43,919 nucleotides of DNA from Klebsormidium nitens (taxonomy: Eukaryota; Plantae; Klebsormidiophyceae), in assembly GCA_000708835.1 (NCBI GenBank), contig DF237631.1, positions 1 through 43,919 of the forward strand, in the 5' to 3' direction. Of the stretch, positions 11,123 through 23,358 are shown piece by piece; position 1 is the stretch's first letter; every line of letters begins with the position of its first letter. The translations under genes and the position numbers were made by a program. The notes under the pieces were generated by a model. It ran no database searches. It had not been told where the DNA came from and worked only from the letters and a program-made list of their open reading frames with translations.

Positions 11123-14100
11123 ATGGGGAGTGATGCTGTGCAGCAGCGACAGACTGCAGACTATGTGTCTCAGGTACGCTGCCCCCCACCTTTGCCCGTT
11201 CCTTCGCTGCAGGGACTGCCCACCTGGGGCAACCTGGTCTGCGCTCTCCTATTGGAAGGCGCCATCGCCGCAGCCGCCAGTGGGAGCCTGCCTGGCCGCC
11301 CGCGCCGGGCTAAGCCCGCACTTCTTGTGTTGCTGCAGGACGCTCAGTTCCAGCTGCGCGAGCGGCAGTACCGCCAGCAGTACAGTGCGCTCTACTTCAC
11401 GCGCCTCCTGCAGCTGCGGCCCGTCCTGGAGGACCGCGTGCGCCGCCAGTGGCCGCATGTGCAAGGTGCCCACCACTCCCCTGCGGCCCCCCCTGCCTGC
11501 GCTCACACAGCCCACCGGGGGTCCTGCTCTCCGCTGCTCGCTTGGGGGCCTCCCTCTGTCACCGCAGCAGCGCGATTTCCGTGTGCCTCCCTGCAGCTCC
11601 GCCGCGGCCGTCTGCCCGCGTTGCTCTTGCTGTGCTGCGCTGACCTGGCCGCGTGCATCACTGCAGCGCTGGAGATCCTGAAGCTGGCGGCGGGCGTGCG
11701 CTGCGCGGTGGTGGGCACGCTGTACAAGCAGATGCAGCTCAAGCCGTCCATCCTGGACGAGTACACCAAGGAGGTACGCCTCGCGCCCCTCCCTTACGCG
11801 TCTTTTTATCTCTTGCATGCCCCCCTCTTCTCATGCTTCTCATCTCTTGTTCTTCCCTCTTGAGTGCCTTTCTCTTTAGGCCCCCTCCTGCCTTCTTTTC
11901 AAGCTCCCCTTGCTGCAGTCTCTTCTGTCTGCTCTGTTGCCCACCTCCCCCCCTTTCCCCTCACCCCGCTCCTGCGACTGCATGCAGCGGTCGGCTGTTC
12001 CCCTGGTGGCCCCTGCCAAGCTGGTGCATGATGACGACTTCCTTATCCTGGAGGACATGAGCGGCCGCATCCGCCTCACAGGCGACGCCCTTCGCCCTGC
12101 CGACTACGCCACAGGTCCGTCGCCCCCTGCCTCCACAGTCACTATGCTTGCCGTTCACCCCCCCTGCTGCCATCTGCTGTCAGCCGGCCCCCGTTGCGCA
12201 GGCCGTGCATGATCCTCGCTGAGCGTGTTGCCCGCGCTGTGCGGTGCAGGCGTGGTGGTGGCGGTGCTCGGCGTGGAGCAGGCGGACGGAGAGTTTGCGG
12301 TGGAGGCCGTCCTCCTGCCGGACCTGCCCCCCCAGCCGCTGCGCCCCCCGGCCCCCGCAGCGGGTGAGGAGCAAGCAGGGCCGGCCAGCCAGCCTCGTTG
12401 GCCCACGCAGACGGGGCCTGGCAGTAGCCCCTCCTCTTTTGTGCGTGTGCTGCTTCAATCGTTTGGTGACCTTCGCATGGTGCGGTGGTGAGTGCAGGGG
12501 TGGCTCCGCCTCGCTACGTGGCGCTAGTGTCGGGGCTGGGCGTGGGGGCGCCGGGGGTGGACCCGCTGCAGACGCAGCTGCTGGTGGACCATCTGGGCGG
12601 GCACCTCGGGGGAAGCCAGGTCGGTGCCGCGCACACCCTGCCTGCGGATACACCACGCGGGGATGGCCACCTGCCCCCCTGCAGTCTGCGTTGAGCTGAC
12701 ATCAGTGTGCCGAGTGAAAGCTCGCAGCCTGTGTGCGCGGCCGCGTGTCGTTCCCTGCCTGCTTCTGGTGACGTCCCCCCGTCTGTGCGTGCAGGCGCAG
12801 CAGCTGAGTGCGCGCACGGTGCGCGTGGTGCTGGCGGGCGACTCCCTCCACGCGCCCCCGGACCTCCTCACGGGGCAGGTGCGCCCCAGCCCCCACTGCT
12901 CATCTGCTGCCCTTGCGGAGGGCAGCGTGCCTGCACACGTCAGGGCGTGTTCTGCCCCTCCCTTGCTCTGTTGCCCGCCTGCCTGCTCTTCTGCGGCCCC
13001 TGCGTCTTCTTCTGACGGCCTGCCGGTGGCTGCACTGCTGCAGGCGCTGTCTGCGCGGGAGCAGGCGGCGGCGGTGGCCCCCATCCAGGAGCTCGACCTG
13101 CTGCTCACGCAGGTACCGCCCTGGCGGCGCCACTCGCACTGGTGCCACCCGCTCTCTCCGCTCTCCTGCTGACGTAGCCAACCACTCGTACCCTGCTGTG
13201 CCTGCACGCCTGCCGCTTGATGCGCTGTCTTTCGGCTGTCTGCTGCCCCTCACCCGCGCTCCCTCCGCGCTGTGCTTTGCTGCGCAGTTGGCCGCGGCCC
13301 TCCCGGTGGACGTCATGCCCGGCAGCACCGACCCCGCCAACTACTCCCTCCCTCAGCAGGTGAGCCGCCCCGACTGCCACCGCGCCGCACCTCCTCCGAC
13401 CAGGCAGGGCCGGCCCAGCGCTGTGAGGCGCGCATTGCTGCCTGGCTCGCCCCTGCCCCGCGGCTGACTCGTGCGGCGGGGTGTGCGCTGTGCGTGCAGC
13501 CGCTGCACCCGTGCCTCTTCCCTGGCGCCTCCCAGTACGACACCTTCTCCGCCGCCACCAACCCGCACCGCTTCTCGGTAGACGGCGTCGAGTGAGCGGC
13601 CCCTGCCCAGTCCCAGCACCGCCTCTCAACCGCTGCTCCGGTGCCTTCCACTGCTCTTCTCGTGCTCGCCCCTCTGCGTTTTGCTTCGGGCCTGTTCGTA
13701 CGTCTGTGCGTCATGCTGTCTGGCCGCGCCCTGCAGTTTCCTCGGCACCGCCGGGCAGCCCGTGGCGGACTTGCTGCGGTACTGTGGCCGGGACGACCCC
13801 CTCGCGCTGCTGGAGAGCACGCTGCGCTGGCGCCACCTCGCGCCCACTGCGCCCGACACCCTGGGTGAGCGCCGCCCCCCCTCCCCCCCCGCAGCTGCCC
13901 TCCTGCCTCCCGCCGTGCCGCGTGCTACTACTTGCCAGCTGTGCGCTCGAGCCGAGGCTGCCGCTCGCCGGCGCCTGCTGCTGCTGCGGTGGGCTGACTG
14001 CGGGCGTGGGTGTGTGCAGCGTGCTACCCGTTCACGGACAGCGACCCCTTCCTGCTGGCCACGTGCCCTGCCGTCTACTTCGCGGGCAACCAGGCCGCCT

Positions 14101-14804
14101 TCGCCACCACGCTCCTGCAAGGTGACCCTCGCCCCCCGCCCCGCCCCGCCCGCCCTGAGCGGCAGCATCACGAGGGGCGGGAATAGTCGGGCCCTCGCGC
14201 GGCCGTGCGGGGAAGACGAGTTTCCTATTCGTTGCCCTCCTCGTTGGCCGCGACCTGACCACAGTTCGTGGCGGGCATGGCCGAGTGCATGTGACCCGCC
14301 GTTCCCTCTGGTACATCGTCCTTACCCGCAGTGCCGTCTGCGGACTCTTCCAAGCCTCCGTGTACGCCATTGCGCATGGAACACGGGTCTCAGCAAGGCA
14401 CGTGGCGGCCTCGTCGCGTGGCCCTCCCTTGCGTTACCGCCGCTGCTGTGCTGTGTGCGCCTCAGTGGGCCCTTCTGCTGTGGGTGCAGGTACGGACGGC
14501 CAGAGGGTGCGCCTCATCGCGCTGCCCCGCTTTGCCGACACCGGGATGGCCGTGCTGGTCAGTCACCCCCTTGACCCCCGGCCTTCCTCGTGCTTGCGTG
14601 ATGTGGCTCTGCATGCTTTCCCCCCGCTCTGTTCCTGCCTGCCGGGGCGGCCCTCTTCGTGCGCCCCGTGTGGAGCGGTGCTGCTGTGAGGTGGCTGGCG
14701 CGGGCGCGGTGTAAGCGTGCGCTGCGGTGGTGCTGCAGGTGGACCTGGCCACGCTGGAGGCGCAGCCGCTGACGGTCACCACCACAAACCTGGGCGGGCC
14801 CTAG
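11123..14804 (+). CDS. POLD2: DNA polymerase delta small (B) subunit, 14 exons
   Basis: Exons 11123-11173, 11339-11465, 11667-11773, 11988-12114, 12250-12363, 12498-12619, 12795-12878, 13044-13112, 13288-13359, 13500-13591, 13737-13864, 14020-14121, 14490-14557, 14739-14804, phases consistent. Motifs [106 protein letters not shown]. Confidence 0.96.
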
Positions 14805-16066
14805 CGCAGCCAGCGCGGCCGGCCGATCCGCAGCGGGGTTCTGTAGGATACCAATTCGGAATTGAAGCAAGCAGCCGGCCAGATGCCGATTTCACAGATA
14901 ACTGAACCGTCGACAGAGTAACGTTCCTAACGTGGGCCCATGCCTACGGAAAGCAGCCATGTCCTGGCAGCCAGGCGGCCCCTGCAGTTCTGCATTGTCA
15001 CCAGCGGGATGCACATATTGCCGGAAGGTCAACGTGCAATCTGCAACTGGGCGCAAGCACAGGTCCTATTGATTCACCAAGCTTACCCGTGCTTCTTCGT
15101 CATGGATGTATTTCTGGACGAACGTGAACAAAATTGGCACGACGCGAGCCAAAGAACCATACACTATATGTATGCCACGAGTCAAACCGGTGGCTTTTTG
15201 GCTATGGCGTAATTTTGAACCATGGTCGGCCATGTTCGACCATGCAAGGCCATTGAGTATACCCTAGCCACATGCACGCTCATCCTATCAGAGAGCTAGG
15301 TGGACGCAATAGCTGTTGTCGGAATTATACACCGCTGAACTCATGCAATGAGCTGTATATATGCCACTTAACTGCAAATTAGACGCTTGCACAGTTTTAA
15401 GGGTTTTGGTATATAGAGCACAACCCTTGCTGTTGCATCCATGAAAAGGTTCCGATCGGTTGCAATCCCGTAGCATCAACATGCAGCCTAGACAATCCAT
15501 ATGGCCCGATCGCAAGGATGGGCAGCAGAGCCACGAGCTTGCAAGCATGCTTAGCTCCCATTCATCTTTCTTCTTAAGAAATGAACGTCCACGAATAATT
15601 CCCGCTGCACGAATGTCCAGAATGGTGAGAGCCCATCTGCAGTCCTCAGGGTACCAACAAGAGCATGCCCAAGTGATTCAATTACAACAGAACGAACAGG
15701 AGCATTCATATTAGATTGATGACGTGGTACAAAAAGCGCACCCAGTCCAGATTGTAGCCAGAGCGGATGCATGTAAAGCCTGTGAGTGGACCGGATCTGC
15801 GAGACTGAGGACTCTAGCAGTTTGCAGCGCCAGACCAGAAACAACTTTCAATCCGGTCCAAAGGAGACACTGCATGCAGCACAAGTGCCTTATCACACGA
15901 GACCGAGGGGTTGAGTGTTGAATAGACCAAGCCAACGGACGCATCTGTGACGACGCCAACAACATGTGAGAGGTAAAGTGTATGCTCGGTCAGCAACCCT
16001 CAACAAGGGAAAATGGAGACCCTCGTGTGTACTTGACTCATGAGCGCCCGGTCTTCAAACTTGTGG

Positions 16067-19000
16067 CTAGTCCGGCCCATGCTTGGCGGCGCGTGCCCGC
16101 ATGGACTCCAATGCCTTGAGCCGCAGCTCCTCCTCCACTGCCTTCTGCCGCTCCTGCCCCCGCCCCCTGCCCCCCTCGTCACTCTCGCTCCCGCCCCGCC
16201 CCGCCCCGTCTGCCCCTTCTCTCGCAGCCCTGCGAGATTCTCGCTCCGCCCGCCTTTTTTGTTTCTCTTCCCGCTTCCTCTGGCGCTCCTCTTTTCTCTT
16301 CCGCTTCTCCTCTTTGCGCTGCCGCTTTGCCTCTCTTCTCTCGTCACTATCACCAGGCGACGCCGCCCTGCCCATCTCCGCCTTCCGCTTCCTCTCGGGG
16401 CCCTCTTCCCCACTCTCCGGCTCCGCTGACTTCTTCGCTGCACCCCTCGGCCTATCCTGCTCGTCGTCGCTCCCGGATCTCGCTCGCCCCAGTCGCTCTC
16501 CCCGAACTGGCGGCGATCGCGACAGCTCGGGCCGGCCCGCCCTCCCCGAGGGCAGTACTGGCCCTTTTGGCGGAGGCGACAGCGAGGGCGACCGCCGCCT
16601 GCCTTGGGAGGGAGGGGAGCGCGCCCCTGGCCGCGCCTGCAACTCGGCGCGCCGAGGAGGAGGAGATTCTGACGAGCGGTCCGTATTGCTGCTGGCAGGC
16701 AAACGGCGGAGCGGAGGTGGCGGTGGCGGCAGGGCGACCCCTCGCTGCTCTCGGCCGGCTGCAGGTGCAGGGCGGCGGTCAGTGGAACGGGACCGGTCGC
16801 GGGGCAGCCGGCGGACGGAGGGGGAGAGGCTCCGGTCGTACCTGCAAAATGGGAGGAGCCATGAGGGGAAGCGCTAGCGACATGCTGCTGTTTCTTTCCT
16901 TCACGACAGATGCCGACTGCGTTTGTGGGTATTAGAAGGTTTGTGGATATTAGAAGAAGGGCTCGGCATCAACGGCAGGTACTGTATGTCTCCCTCCTGG
17001 TCTGTCACAAGATCAACAAGGCAGCATGGGGTTCCTCGTAAAAAAAGAGCCTCCCCAGCACCCCAACTCCCACCTCTGAACTGCCCGGAGCCCACTTGGT
17101 TGCACCAGCGCCCAACTGTCCTACCAAAAGCGCATATGGTGCTCTCCACGACTGCCCTTCCATCCCCGCACCGGCCTTGTTGCAGTGCACTGGCCCTCAC
17201 CTGCTGCGCCCCCCTGCGTCCCCCCCCCTCCAGGGCCGTGCCTCCCGGCGGGGCCCCATCCCCCGATCGTCTTCCACGCTGGGGCTGCGCCGACCCCGCC
17301 CCGGGCTGCACACAGCACCCACAGTCAGCCCCCGACACAGGCCAGATGCGGCCTGCAAGCAGAAGCTGTCGCTACAGCAGACAAAACACTGTGACACCCC
17401 TAGGTAGTTCGCAGGCCTGCGAAGAGCCTCACCTTCGATAGTAGCGCGGGGGGGTCCTCCTCCGCGGCGGCGGGGAGCGCCGATACCCACGGGGCGGAGA
17501 AGGGGCGCGCCGGTGTCCTCGCGCAGGAGATCCACTCTGCGGCGAACGACTCCGAGCGCGGTAGGGGGGCGACCCGTTGGGCTTTGAGGACACCGCACGG
17601 GCGCCATTGGTTGCAGCGGGGCTCCGCCTGAACAGACAGGTCAGCCAAGATGAGGACGGCATTCATGTGAGGGTGCCCCAGGAAGTGGTGCATGCCCGGC
17701 CTGCTGCGCGCTCGTGCTGAACCTGCAGCAAGTGCGGCCCTGGCAGGGCGAGGGGCTGGTGCAGGGCAGGGACCGAGCGCAGCGCGGGCGTAGGGGCTCA
17801 CCTGTGGTTGTCAGGGGGCGGTGGCAGCTTGGATTGCTGGGCAGTCTCCGCAGCATGGCGCTCATCCTGGGAGGGAGAAGGAACGGGGGGCACGTCAGGC
17901 ACGGTCGCGCTCAAGTCTGCACAGCAGCCCAGCCGTCAGCAGGGCACACGCAGAACAAGGGGCCGTGGGGCAGAGGCAGGGGGCCAGGCATACATGTGAG
18001 TACCAGCAGTGCATCGTGCGGCTGCAAGCACAATGACTGCTTTGGGGTAGCCATCCATGGCAGGCAGAAGCCTGCTCACTGCTGCGCAGGGGCACCCACC
18101 CGCACTTTCTGCCGCTCCTCTCTCTCGCGCTCCCTCTCTTTGTCCTGCGCCTCCCGCTTCTTCTGGACCTCCTCCTTGATGCGCCCTTCTTCCGCCTGCA
18201 CCAATCCAGCATGCCCGATGAGCCACGGCCCTTGGTGCAGCATGCCCCCCATTGCCCCCTGCTGCCCACATTGAATGCCCACGCTGCCCGCGAGGGGCGA
18301 TAGAGGCCACTGGGCGTACCTTCTTGGCGCGGAGCTCCGCTGCCTTCTCGTCCAGGAACTGCTGCGGGATGCCGCTGGGGTTGGCCTGCGCGCTGAGGAG
18401 CAGCTCCCAAAGCTCCTTCATGAAGCGTGCCGTGTTCTTCTCCAGGAACCCCGTGAGCGACAGCTGCATCTTTTTGCCGTTGAGCCCCTGCCACAAGCCA
18501 CCCCCGCGCCGCGTCAGCAAGGCTGCAGCAACCACCGAGGGCAGCGCAGGCCATGCAACAAAAGGATGAGGCTCTGGTCCGCCGGAGCATGGGCAAGTGT
18601 GCGCGCACTGACCTTCTCCTGCAGGAGGCCCTCGATGAAGCCGCACAGGACCTCATCCTCCATGCCTAGCAGCTCGGTGACGCGCTTCACAATCCACTTC
18701 ATCATGACCTCCATGTTCACCTTGCTGATGTCCACCTGCAACCACCGAGCAGCGGTAAGGACACTCAACGAAGTAGCGCAGCGCCACCGCAGGCAGGAAA
18801 CAAGCAACTCGTGGACTGTGGCCACTGATACTCTAGTTGTGCCACCAGTGGAACTTGCATTCACCTAACCTTGACCATCAATGACCACTTTCCAGAATCG
18901 TCCAACAAGTCAAATTGGGCCCCATCATACTCTGTGCATTCATCCAATGCAACCGGTTGAGATTTTTCTACGCCTTCCTCCCCATCCCCCTCACTGGCTT

Positions 19001-19252
19001 GTCGAGGTCTTGTGCAAAGTGTTTGTGCGACTTGAGCAGCTTGGCCTCCTTGTTGCTGAACCGGGTGTCCTGCTCAGCGGTCGTCCCCTGCAACACAGTG
19101 CAACACGGGTCAACATCATGCTGCAGCGCCCCAAGATAGCAGGCTTAAAAGACAGTAGATGCAGGATGGTTGGAGATCACTTGCTGCCTTCAGAAGGTCC
19201 AGTAAAGCACAATCACAAGGCCACCACTTACCCTGAAGAAGTTGCCTGACAT
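16067..19252 (-). CDS. SRRM1: SRRM1/SRm160-like splicing coactivator (N-terminal PWI domain, RS/RP-rich tail), 9 exons
   Basis: Exons 19232-19252, 18995-19087, 18613-18735, 18320-18487, 18106-18195, 17802-17866, 17433-17627, 17201-17305, 16067-16841, phases consistent. MSGNFFRGTTAEQDTRFSNKEAKLLK..VDISKVNMEVMMKWIVKRVTELLGMEDEVLCGFI..KMQLSLTGFLEKNTARFMKELWELLLSAQANPSGIPQQFLDEK is the PWI signature. It is followed by Arg/Ser/Pro-rich sequence and a C-terminal EEELRLKALESM. Confidence 0.93.
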
Positions 19253-19898
19253 CTTGCCGCTCAATCCTTGGCTAATGCAGGTGGATGCAAGGTGAGCGTT
19301 CACCAACAGTTTCGTCAAAGAAATCAAAGCCTAAGGCAGGAGGATGATGCATGGCCACAATCACTTGTTACAATTGCCATACTTGCCCGGCTGAATTTCG
19401 AAGGGGGTTGCAATTGGCGCCTTCCTTCCTAGTGCTCAGCCTCAACATCAACAAATGGGAACAACAGCCTCAGCCTTATGACATCAGGCTCAGGTCCAGG
19501 ATGGGCTCAGGCGGAAGAACCACCAACAACAGGCCACCCACAACAGGACGGAAATACACAAAAGGTCTGAGTGGTTGACGCTAAAGTGGCAACATTTCTT
19601 CATATTGCGGAGCAGATTTGGTTGCTTTGGAGCAGCAATCCTACCTACCATGACCTACTCAATGCACTGTGTCACCAAAGAGTTGGGAAAAAGGCCGGCT
19701 CAGATAACTTTCATGCCTGCCTATCGTGCCTTTAGATCTTGCCTTATATAAGTGGAAAAGTCAGAATTTACGAAGCAACTAATGAAAACTGACGCAGGGG
19801 CCAAGACCGGAGTCCCAGACTACAGGAGGGGCCTCCGAGTCCAAGTGAAAGGCAGATTTTGCTGATTGCCAGTGGCGCCTTCTGGTAAAGTCGAGGCA

Positions 19899-21527
19899 AT
19901 GGCGGGTATCAGCAGATGGGTCAAACCGGAGGTATGCAAGTGCACTCTCTTGGCGTGTGCTGGTGTTGTTTTGATCATCAGCGATCTCTGTTTTGGCAGT
20001 CTGCCTCGGGACCTGATTGGTTACGAAAGCCCTCAACTTCAAGTCAAAATCATGGGTCCTTTTCTCCTTATCTTGCTTCTGCGTACTGAGTGGTCCTACA
20101 GACAGTGTTTTGGAAGGTGAGAAAGTTGGAGAGATCTTAAAATAACATTTGTCCTTGTTCCTGCCCAATGTCCACTAAACCCTAATCTCCTTGTTGATGG
20201 ATCTGCCCTTTTGACGCTCAACCTGATTCGCGAACCTGGTTTCGTCTGCAGACGTACCCCCTTGCGGCTGCCATGGGTGCTGCCATAGGTAACGTCCTTG
20301 CTGAATCTTGCGCTCAACCATGTTGCATTGCCGGGCATTGCAATGGCACGATGCTTGAGTTGATCTGAAGGTCGGGACAATGGTGTGGGTGGGCACAGAA
20401 CGACAGTCATCTGCTTCATATTCCGCCTGTTCAGCATCCTGTCAGACTGGAGTTTGTACGAGAAGCCCCACCCTTTTGGGGTTCACAGAACTTCAGGGAG
20501 AGCAATGGCAACAGCTTTATCTCCCTGTGCAGGTCTGTGCGGTTTCATGCTCCTCCGCAGTGCTCTTGCCAATCCGGATGTGAGGTGAGGCATTTCCTGC
20601 AAATTACAAAGCATTCATCGCCAAGATTGCTTATTGGTCTTGTGCGGACATCCACTAATCTCTTATCCTCGTTTGTCCTTGAATAAAGCGAGCATCTTGT
20701 CTCAACAAACTGGACTGAGATATGCCTTATTTGATTGGTTATCTAACCTTGGAACAGGCATCCGTTATCAGGTAATTTGTGACGCCAATCATGGAGGGTA
20801 GATTCCCCTGCGTATCATGCTGTTTACGTGTCGTTCATTTTTTGGCCAATCTTCTTGTCGCTGACAGCTGGCAATCGGATATCCTTCAATCACTGTAGGG
20901 CCATCTTTTCTTAATCTTTTTCTATAAAAGGGTGCGGGTCTTGGACTGCAAATCATGCGGCGCGATGCGGCAACTGAAGGAGGTTGACCCTTTTTCTCAG
21001 ATTCTGCAAAAATCCAGTTAGGGTGCCATATAGTGATTCCTTTATATTGAGGCTCCTATTGTTGTCTCAAGGTTGACCATCTTCAACCGCATTCAAAAAG
21101 TGAGGGTGCGAATGCCACTCTTTAAAGTCCCGTTAGGTCCTGATTCTTCTTATCCAAGGATAACACAAGAGTGTACTGAGCTCAATATGCCAGCAGTGAT
21201 GTGAGTGAGATTGTTTTGACTTGCAACTGACGACTGTACCTGATCTGTGTTGCTCTGCTGGTGATATGTTCCATGAAGCATTCTCTGATTCATTCAGAGT
21301 ACACTCTACAAGCTACAAGCTACAAGCTACAAGCTATGGTACACTGATCATCTGTCTCGGTTGCACCATCCAGGATCAATAAGGTGGATCGTGCTGCCGG
21401 GGTTTTGGAGAACTTCGAAGAAGGCAAGAAGTTCAAGGAGCATGCCGTTCGGAGATGGTTAAAAGAGCATCCTCCAATGATTATGCCTGGTTTGAATAGG
21501 TTAATGTCTGACCCACCAAAGCCTTGA
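19899..21527 (+). CDS. B12D: B12D-family (NDUFA4-like) small mitochondrial membrane protein, 91 aa, 4 exons
   Basis: Exons 19899-19931, 20252-20288, 20533-20584, 21374-21527, GT-AG with phases 0/1/2. Product MAGISRWVKPETYPLAAAMGAAIGLCGFMLLRSALANPDVRINKVDRAAGVLENFEEGKKFKEHAVRRWLKEHPPMIMPGLNRLMSDPPKP is colinear over its whole length with plant B12D (RWLRPEVYPL..NPEVR..RAAGxLEN..EG..Y.EH..R....P.IMP.IN..F.DP). Confidence 0.92.
21306..21336. repeat. 7-bp tandem repeat (CTACAAG)x4.4 in B12D intron 3
   Basis: ctacaag ctacaag ctacaag ctacaag cta, read directly; ends 37 nt before the exon 4 acceptor. Confidence 0.9.
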
Positions 21528-23358
21528 TTTTGGAAGGAATAGGTCGGGTCAAACACACTAGTTAGGTGCCATTGGCGGCAACTTTGAGATGGTGTGCGTT
21601 GGGATCACAGATGCCCATGCGTTTGAGTGAGGCGCTCAAAGAGAACAGAGATTCGACGCCACCGAACTACTTATATATAGGGAGGTGACACAAGTAGGCC
21701 TACTTTCCCATGCTTTGAGCCTTTCATGATAATTTGCTGCAGCAAAAAAGCGTGGAGATGAAAAGAAGGTAAAAAGAATGACAAGCCACACACTTTAACT
21801 TCAATCGTTCATAAAAAGCTCTGTAGAGATTAATTACTCGCGAGGATTTGCCAAGCCAGTCGTCACGGTGTGGTAGAGATTAATGTTAAGGATCATGAGC
21901 TGCTTGGCTGAACACGTTTCTACAGCGCTTTTACTACGTGGTTGTGCATTGCCCTCAAAGGGCCGCCAACTTTTGGACTTGCGTGCTTTTGATTGATGAC
22001 AGTTTTAGTTATTTTGGACATGGTCACTTGCTGTCTTCCAACCCTGAGCCATTGGGCAGTGCTCGGAGCGACTGGGATACAATTCGAGTTGACTCTACAG
22101 CTTGAGTCGTATCCAACGTTCAGCCTATTACTCTACGCATTACAAGCAACAAACAGCATCATGCATATACTATGAGAAGAATGTATGTATAAGGACGACT
22201 TGAAACTTTGATGGTCTCTTTTGAAATACGCTGTAGCCAATTCGGCCATAGGCTTCTCCATTGGCATACCATTGTGTGGTGTGTGTTCTTTCATCTCATA
22301 TGCTTCAATGGTTACTAAAGACCCATGCTACCTTCCAACGATCCCTTGTACACCTTACGGTATACCGACTCTACGTCTCTTGCTACATTGAGAAGCTTGT
22401 AAGCAATAATGTTTGTCAAACTGGGGCTTCTATCAACATCTGAGCTTCCCAAGTTCTGCAGTCGTTAAGTTGACTCTAGAGGCGGTTTGGGTAGGTAGAA
22501 CCTAGTAGACATAAAACTTCCACAGTGTGTGCGGCTAATGAAGGCGACCAAGGTTTGGAGATGCAGAGCGCCAGGAAGCCCCTGCCCCGTACTTCAAAGC
22601 TTTGGGGATCTTTTCTCGAATGGGAAAAAGGGCTTGGCACTTTACATGAGTGAATGTCAGAAAATACAAACAAGAAGTGGTTTTAACAACCGGCAGAAAG
22701 CAGCTGATTTTGTGAACGCGCCACAATGCAGAATTTGCCGTTTGGCGCGACATTCATGGAACGGCAACAAGAGTAAGTCACATGCCTTGGAAGGAAACCA
22801 CGAGAGGCTTCAAAGTCGATCAGATGATCCATCAAGTGTTGCACAAATCAGGAGTTTGCTCATGCCAATCCATTACAAACTAAATGCGATGCAAAGCCAC
22901 AGTTGACTTCAATGCCTCCAAGGCCACGTTTCCATCTATCAGTTTCACAGTTGGCATGCTAACGAAGGGGCTTTCACATAGAATGATGCGGTCAAAACCT
23001 CCTGTTGGCAAAGAATGTTACAACGCACTGTGGAAGGTCGATTGCTATTCAAACGGCTCAATATGTATCCAAACGCAGATTACTAATCCTGTACAGATTG
23101 GGGTCTGCTGACAGATTGCTTAGCATCGAAAAGCCCATGTCTTGACTAAGAATGCCGCTCTTCGGTTGCTGCAAGCCCCAGCTCTGCTTATACCCTCCTG
23201 CAAGGCACAATTGGCCGTGCCGCAATGAGCTTTCAGGTCCATGTTGGATCAGTGAATCAACACTTATTCTCCCAGATGCAGACAGTGATCAGATCGCTGG
23301 ATTCCTATTGTGCAAAAAGCGGCGAGCTTCTTGTACAATGTCCGGGTGACTCTCCCAA

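Noticed and set aside
16083-16877. 264-aa Ser/Arg-rich plus-strand ORF
   Set aside because: Antisense mirror of the low-complexity last exon of the SRRM1-like gene.
22529-22906. 125-aa ORF between B12D and PsbX as a gene
   Set aside because: No recognisable motif, no splice-consistent partner exons, and non-coding-like codon use. It lies where the 3' regions of two convergent genes meet.
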